Below, piece after piece: positions 41,746 through 44,722 of a DNA stretch of 44,722 bases; the first letter of the stretch is position 1, and each line of letters begins with the position of its first letter. The translations under genes were made by a program, and so were the position numbers. The notes under the pieces were generated by a model. The model worked only from the letters and a program-made list of their open reading frames with translations, was not told where the DNA came from and ran no database searches. Origin of the DNA: a virus; the IMG/VR virus record IMGVR_UViG_3300045988_086091; one strand, given 5' to 3'.

Positions 41746-41975
41746 TTCGTTCTCTCCTTTCCCTGGGTCGTCCAGGTCTTGAGCTCCCAGCCGCAGAACA
41801 CCAGAATGAAGGCGTAGGCCGGGATACAGAAAGCTCCGGCGTTCTCAATCTGGAGCTGTATCATGTCGATCATCAGCAGGACCAGGCGGGCGGTCACCAT
41901 GGCGGCCAGGGCCAGCAGCGCCATTCGGTAGTAGCTCCGAACATAGGCGCGAGTTCTCTTTCGCTTTCTCTCCAT
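41643..41975 (-). CDS. Two-TM membrane protein
   Basis: ATG behind AGGAGG. The hydrophobic helices are followed by a tail that overlaps the next gene by 103 nt. Confidence 0.5.
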   Translation of the reverse strand: MERKRKRTRAYVRSYYRMALLALAAMVTARLVLLMIDMIQLQIENAGAFCIPAYAFILVFCGWELKTWTTQGKERTKCTTTSATTAEQPLTRAKSATAGGKRLEQRSARS

Positions 41976-41984
41976 GATGTCCTC

Positions 41985-42209
41985 CTATGCCCGCTTGCGG
42001 GCGGCAGTTTCCGGCTCTTCCAGGCCGTACCGCTCGTTGAAGTATCGCTTGATGACGCGCCCTTCGCAGGTGCATTTCCCCTTGGCTTCCAGCTCCCGGT
42101 TGAGCGAGGCGATCACCTTGTAGCTCTTCGATCTGGAGTAGCCCAGCAGGCGCATGATGTCCTCCACGAAGTAGAACATATCGCGGGAGGTCTTCAAGGT
42201 CGCCGCCAT
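41985..42209 (-). CDS. Small HTH DNA-binding protein (excisionase/MerR-like fold)
   Basis: FYFVEDIMRLLGYSRSKSYKVIASLNRELEAKG...RVIKRYFNERYG. Confidence 0.55.
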   Translation of the reverse strand: MAATLKTSRDMFYFVEDIMRLLGYSRSKSYKVIASLNRELEAKGKCTCEGRVIKRYFNERYGLEEPETAARKRA

Positions 42210-42212
42210 AGG

Positions 42213-42419
42213 TCACGCCTCCTTCCGGGAAAAGTTCTCCATGAACTCGCGGACCACGGGAATGAGCTGGTGCCCAGCGCAGCGCCCGGTGGTCGTTTCG
42301 ACCAGGGTCGTGTACTTCACACCGGACCGCTCGGCCAGTTCCTTGACCGTCATGCCGTTTTGAGCGGTGAACACGCGGACCTCAATGCCGAAATCCGTCT
42401 TAGGCTTGCGAATTGCCAT
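42213..42419 (-). CDS. Cro-like XRE HTH protein
   Basis: 68 aa. Contains NGMTVKELAERSGVKYTTLVE. SD AGGAGG. Confidence 0.6.
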   Translation of the reverse strand: MAIRKPKTDFGIEVRVFTAQNGMTVKELAERSGVKYTTLVETTTGRCAGHQLIPVVREFMENFSRKEA

Positions 42420-42687
42420 AGTCGTTTCCTCCTTCTTGATTTCCTTGTTTTTGAGGCATTTTCGTGTTATACTGGAATTGGTTCCAGGTGACGCGGTGCG
42501 GGACGAAGGTAAATTCGGCCTGTACCGGGTCGCAGGGCTCGCCGGTGCGGAAGGTCCCGTTGTCGATGAGGACGTGGGTTCCGACGATCCCGTAGTCGTC
42601 GGTCTTGCTCACGTCGATGCGGATGGTGGGGTACTGCTTGAAGTTGATCGCCTTGGCGATCTCGGTTCTGGTTTCGAGGAATTTCAT
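42400..42687 (-). CDS. Hypothetical 95-aa protein
   Basis: ATG 42687 behind AAAGGAG, preceded by hairpin copy B. Confidence 0.55.
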   Translation of the reverse strand: MKFLETRTEIAKAINFKQYPTIRIDVSKTDDYGIVGTHVLIDNGTFRTGEPCDPVQAEFTFVPHRVTWNQFQYNTKMPQKQGNQEGGNDYGNSQA

Positions 42688-42709
42688 GGTTAGCTCCTTT
42701 CGCATTTGG

Positions 42710-42727
42710 CCGCCGTTGCACCGGCGG
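42710..42727 (-). promoter_or_regulatory. GUGCAA-loop hairpin, copy B
   Basis: Stem CCGCCG/CGGCGG, loop GUGCAA, then GGCCAAAUGCGAAAGGAG. Lies 22 nt upstream of ATG 42687. Confidence 0.6.
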
Positions 42728-42728
42728 G

Positions 42729-42937
42729 TCACTTCCGATTGTGGATTTCTTCGAGCTCGTCGAGGGTCGCCATATCGCCTCCAGGGCGTCGATCATGTTC
42801 TGCAATCCGTCGGCCAGCTTCTTTGCCTCAGGATGGGCCCCGGCCCCTTCCAGGGCCTTGTCCTGCATTTGGCGGTATTCGTTGATCTTGGATTGCACGC
42901 CCTCACGGGCGTACATCAGGATTTTCAAGTAGGTCAT
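42729..42937 (-). CDS. Small helical hypothetical protein; the natural end appears to need a frame change
   Basis: ATG 42937 is ATGA-coupled. The frame as given runs on to 42467 across two genes. An alternative frame ends MATLDELEEIHNRK* at 42729, just before hairpin B. Confidence 0.35.
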
Positions 42938-43407
42938 CCGATCTCACCCCCTCCAGCCGTGGCAGCGTTGATATACTCGAACATATCGAAGTAGTGCTCC
43001 CTGGTGAGCTCGTTCCGCATATCGTAGAGCTGTTCCCGGAGCAGTTTCCGGGCCACCTCTTTCGAGGTCATCATGCCGATCACGCAGTCCACATAGCTGT
43101 ACGTGAATTTCTCGCCCTTCATCTCTTCCCGGACGTCAATCCACTGGACGCCCTTGTAGACCTTCCCGGTAAATCGGGTGATGATTTCGTCGATCTCCGC
43201 TTCCTGCTGCCGGATACTGTCATTGACCGCGCAGCGGACGAAGGTGTTTTCCATGCCGCTGTCCCGCATTGCCTCGCAAGCGCCGATAAGCTGCTGGTAG
43301 CAGTTGAAGGCGATCCGGCGGTCATCGCTCTGCTTCTCGAAGTCAGGCATGAACTCGGCATATTTCCGGGAGATCAGGTCGGCCTTCTGTTCGTAGTGGT
43401 TCATCAT
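42934..43407 (-). CDS. First early-operon protein (hypothetical, 157 aa)
   Basis: ATGATG at 43402-43407 behind AAAGGAG, preceded by hairpin copy C. Confidence 0.6.
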   Translation of the reverse strand: MMNHYEQKADLISRKYAEFMPDFEKQSDDRRIAFNCYQQLIGACEAMRDSGMENTFVRCAVNDSIRQQEAEIDEIITRFTGKVYKGVQWIDVREEMKGEKFTYSYVDCVIGMMTSKEVARKLLREQLYDMRNELTREHYFDMFEYINAATAGGGEIG

Positions 43408-43431
43408 GGTAGGTAGCTCCTTTCGCACCTG

Positions 43432-43447
43432 GCCGGTTGCACCCGGC
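43432..43447 (-). promoter_or_regulatory. GUGCAA-loop hairpin, copy C
   Basis: Stem GCCGG/CCGGC, loop GUGCAA, then CCAGGUGCGAAAGGAG. Lies 24 nt upstream of ATG 43407. Confidence 0.6.
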
Positions 43448-43807
43448 GATCTGGTTCCCCCTCCCGCTCTCACTTGTGCGGTAACTTCCGTTCATCCTAT
43501 GCGTACTCGGCCGGTCTTCACGGCTCATCCAGGTCCTCCGAATTTACGGCTCCACGCTGTTTCCGCTTTCTACCCGGCGAATACTTGATCGGCTATTCCT
43601 TGGCCCCCCTGCCAGCTTCTTTTTGGGCGGGTCACTCCGGGCGGTGTTCAGTTGTCGGGGTTTCTTGAGAAGGTGGGCTGGAGGTTGCCGTTCGTACCGC
43701 CGTTACCGCCTGCCGATCATCCCCGGAGCTTGCTCCGCTTCCGACCCGGCTTCCACTGCCGCTTCCTGTTTTATCCTCCGGCCCGCCTGGGCCTTTCCTT
43801 TTAACTG

Positions 43808-43837
43808 TTTACCTTATTTCTTCGGCCTGATTATATT
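43808..43837 (+). promoter_or_regulatory. Candidate repressor promoter, back-to-back with the early promoter
   Basis: TTTACC, 18-nt spacer, TATATT. Its -10 overlaps the -10 of the - strand promoter. Confidence 0.3.
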
Positions 43838-43863
43838 ATACTCCTCGAACACACGGAAGTCAA
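43835..43863 (-). promoter_or_regulatory. Early lytic promoter (PR-like)
   Basis: On the - strand: TTGACT (43858-43863), 17-nt spacer, TATAAT (43835-43840). Confidence 0.6.
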
Positions 43864-43873
43864 GTATATCTTC

Positions 43874-43904
43874 AAATAATTCCAGTCGAAAACTGGAATT
43901 ATTT
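43874..43904. promoter_or_regulatory. Perfect 13-bp inverted repeat AAATAATTCCAGT-N5-ACTGGAATTATTT (operator or leader attenuator)
   Basis: Lies between the early promoter -35 and the SD of the repressor gene. On the + strand it runs into TTTTT. Confidence 0.6.
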
Positions 43905-43918
43905 TTGGAGGTTTTTCC

Positions 43919-44560
43919 ATGGATTCAAGTGAACACGCCCGTTTAATAGCGAATAGAATAACCGAGCTTTCCTCTATTCGAGGAATTTCCATAAACCGTA
44001 TGCTGTCGGTAGCAGGTCTAAACAAATCGGTCGTAGATCGAATGAAAACCGGGAATATGCCTTCTGCTGATAAGCTCGCAGCTATTGCACAAGTTCTGGA
44101 CGTCCCCACCGAGTACCTTCTCGGAAGCGGCGTGTTTGAGAAATGGGACCTGCTGCTCCGGCAGAAGCCGGCGGTTCTAAGAGCCATAGTCGGGATGATG
44201 GAGGACTTGTCAAAGGCCCTGCCCTCCGGCACAGATGACCTATCCTTCGCAAAGCTCGTCAGCATTTTCAAAGTCGATCTGGAGGAAGGCAGCGATCCAG
44301 CGGGAACCGAGATACTGGTGATCTCACCCATCCCCACCTACGACACCCCGGAACCGGGCGGCTCTGAGGCTGCCCGTCTGGAGATAGAAAAAGCGCCCGC
44401 CCCGGAAATCTCCGAGAACGGGCGGGAAATGCTGGACCTATACGAGCGCCTTTCTGAGCGCGAGCAGCTTCTCTTGCTGGGGCGGCTCCAGGAGATGGTC
44501 GCCCCCATGCTCGGCGAAGGTAAAGGGGCTCCGCAATCCTCCGCCGGGAAGGCCGTGTGA
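43919..44560 (+). CDS. XRE-family repressor (cI-like)
   Basis: N-terminal HTH LIANRITELSSIRGISINRMLSVAGLNKSVVDRMKTG. Divergent from the early operon. SD GGAGG. Confidence 0.7.
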   Translation: MDSSEHARLIANRITELSSIRGISINRMLSVAGLNKSVVDRMKTGNMPSADKLAAIAQVLDVPTEYLLGSGVFEKWDLLLRQKPAVLRAIVGMMEDLSKALPSGTDDLSFAKLVSIFKVDLEEGSDPAGTEILVISPIPTYDTPEPGGSEAARLEIEKAPAPEISENGREMLDLYERLSEREQLLLLGRLQEMVAPMLGEGKGAPQSSAGKAV

Positions 44561-44603
44561 TCTTCGTAGACTTCCGGCGGCGGTGACGATTGTTGAAAAC
44601 TCT

Positions 44604-44625
44604 GTGGAAATCCGAGGTTTTCCAC
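44604..44625 (+). terminator. Hairpin downstream of the repressor gene (weak terminator candidate)
   Basis: Stem GTGGAAA/TTTCCAC with an 8-nt loop. No clear T-tract. Confidence 0.25.
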
Positions 44626-44636
44626 GATCAGCCCCG

Positions 44637-44722
44637 AAAATAGGGTCCGTATATGGACCTTATCAAAGAAAATAGGGTCCGTATATGGACCTTATCAAAG
44701 AAAATAGGGTCCGTATATGGAC
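44637..44722. repeat. Same 32-bp repeat family: two full units plus 22 nt of a third at the window end
   Basis: Units start at 44637, 44669 and 44701. 44669-44722 equals 1-54. Confidence 0.95.

Larger units (their letters stand above)
1..44722. mobile_element. Complete or near-complete temperate contractile-tailed phage genome (circular permutation or excised prophage)
   Basis: Contains integrase, repressor, recombination/replication, terminase, portal, capsid, sheath/tube, baseplate, fibre and lysis modules. Nt 1-54 are identical to 44669-44722. Confidence 0.85.

Noticed and set aside
43343-43528. The 61-aa ORF behind GGAGG in the early leader as a leader peptide or first early gene
   Set aside because: The translation is Arg/Gly-rich and low in complexity. 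It runs through hairpin C and the SD and start of the next gene in another frame. It is kept only as a remote possibility.

Overview
GC-rich 44.7-kb genome of a temperate, contractile-tailed phage with Mu/PBSX-like sheath, tube and baseplate modules. Strong AGGAGG-type SD sites and RecU, DnaD-like, RinA-like and SleB-like genes point to a Firmicutes/Clostridia-type host. The genome looks complete. The last 54 nt (44669-44722) equal the first 54 nt, and both ends lie inside a tandem array of 32-bp palindrome-containing repeats. The simplest reading is a circular or circularly permuted assembly opened between the repressor and integrase genes; attL/attR is the alternative. Only the integrase (271-1407) and an XRE repressor (43919-44560) are on the + strand. 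Everything else is on the - strand, mostly coupled by ATGA overlaps. From right to left the order is: early/regulatory genes, SSAP plus a fused SbcD-SbcC, DnaD-like replication, an accessory block, RecU, a RinA-like late activator, a ParB-N/CmoA-like fusion, terminase, portal-MuF fusion, protease, capsid, connectors, sheath, tube, chaperone, tape measure, baseplate with PAAR, fibres and lysis. No tRNA, rRNA, CRISPR array or reverse transcriptase was seen. The most interesting signals are non-coding. (1) Four sense-strand hairpins share an invariant GGUGCAAC loop motif and have covarying stems; three of the four sit 22-25 nt upstream of early-gene start codons. (2) Two candidate small RNAs have near-consensus promoters and both expose the complementary GUUGCACC. 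One lies in a lambda PR'-tR'-like late control locus behind four GTGCAA direct repeats. The other is an oop-like antisense RNA. (3) The early operon has an unusually long repeat-rich leader. Other notable features are the ParB-N/CmoA-like fusion next to the terminase, a fibre-type DUF6273 domain duplicated into an early gene fused to a MazG-like domain, an orphan Avd-like ORF, and several small early genes with an in-frame stop or a frame break. All functional calls rest on motif recognition by eye. No database search or RNA folding was run.
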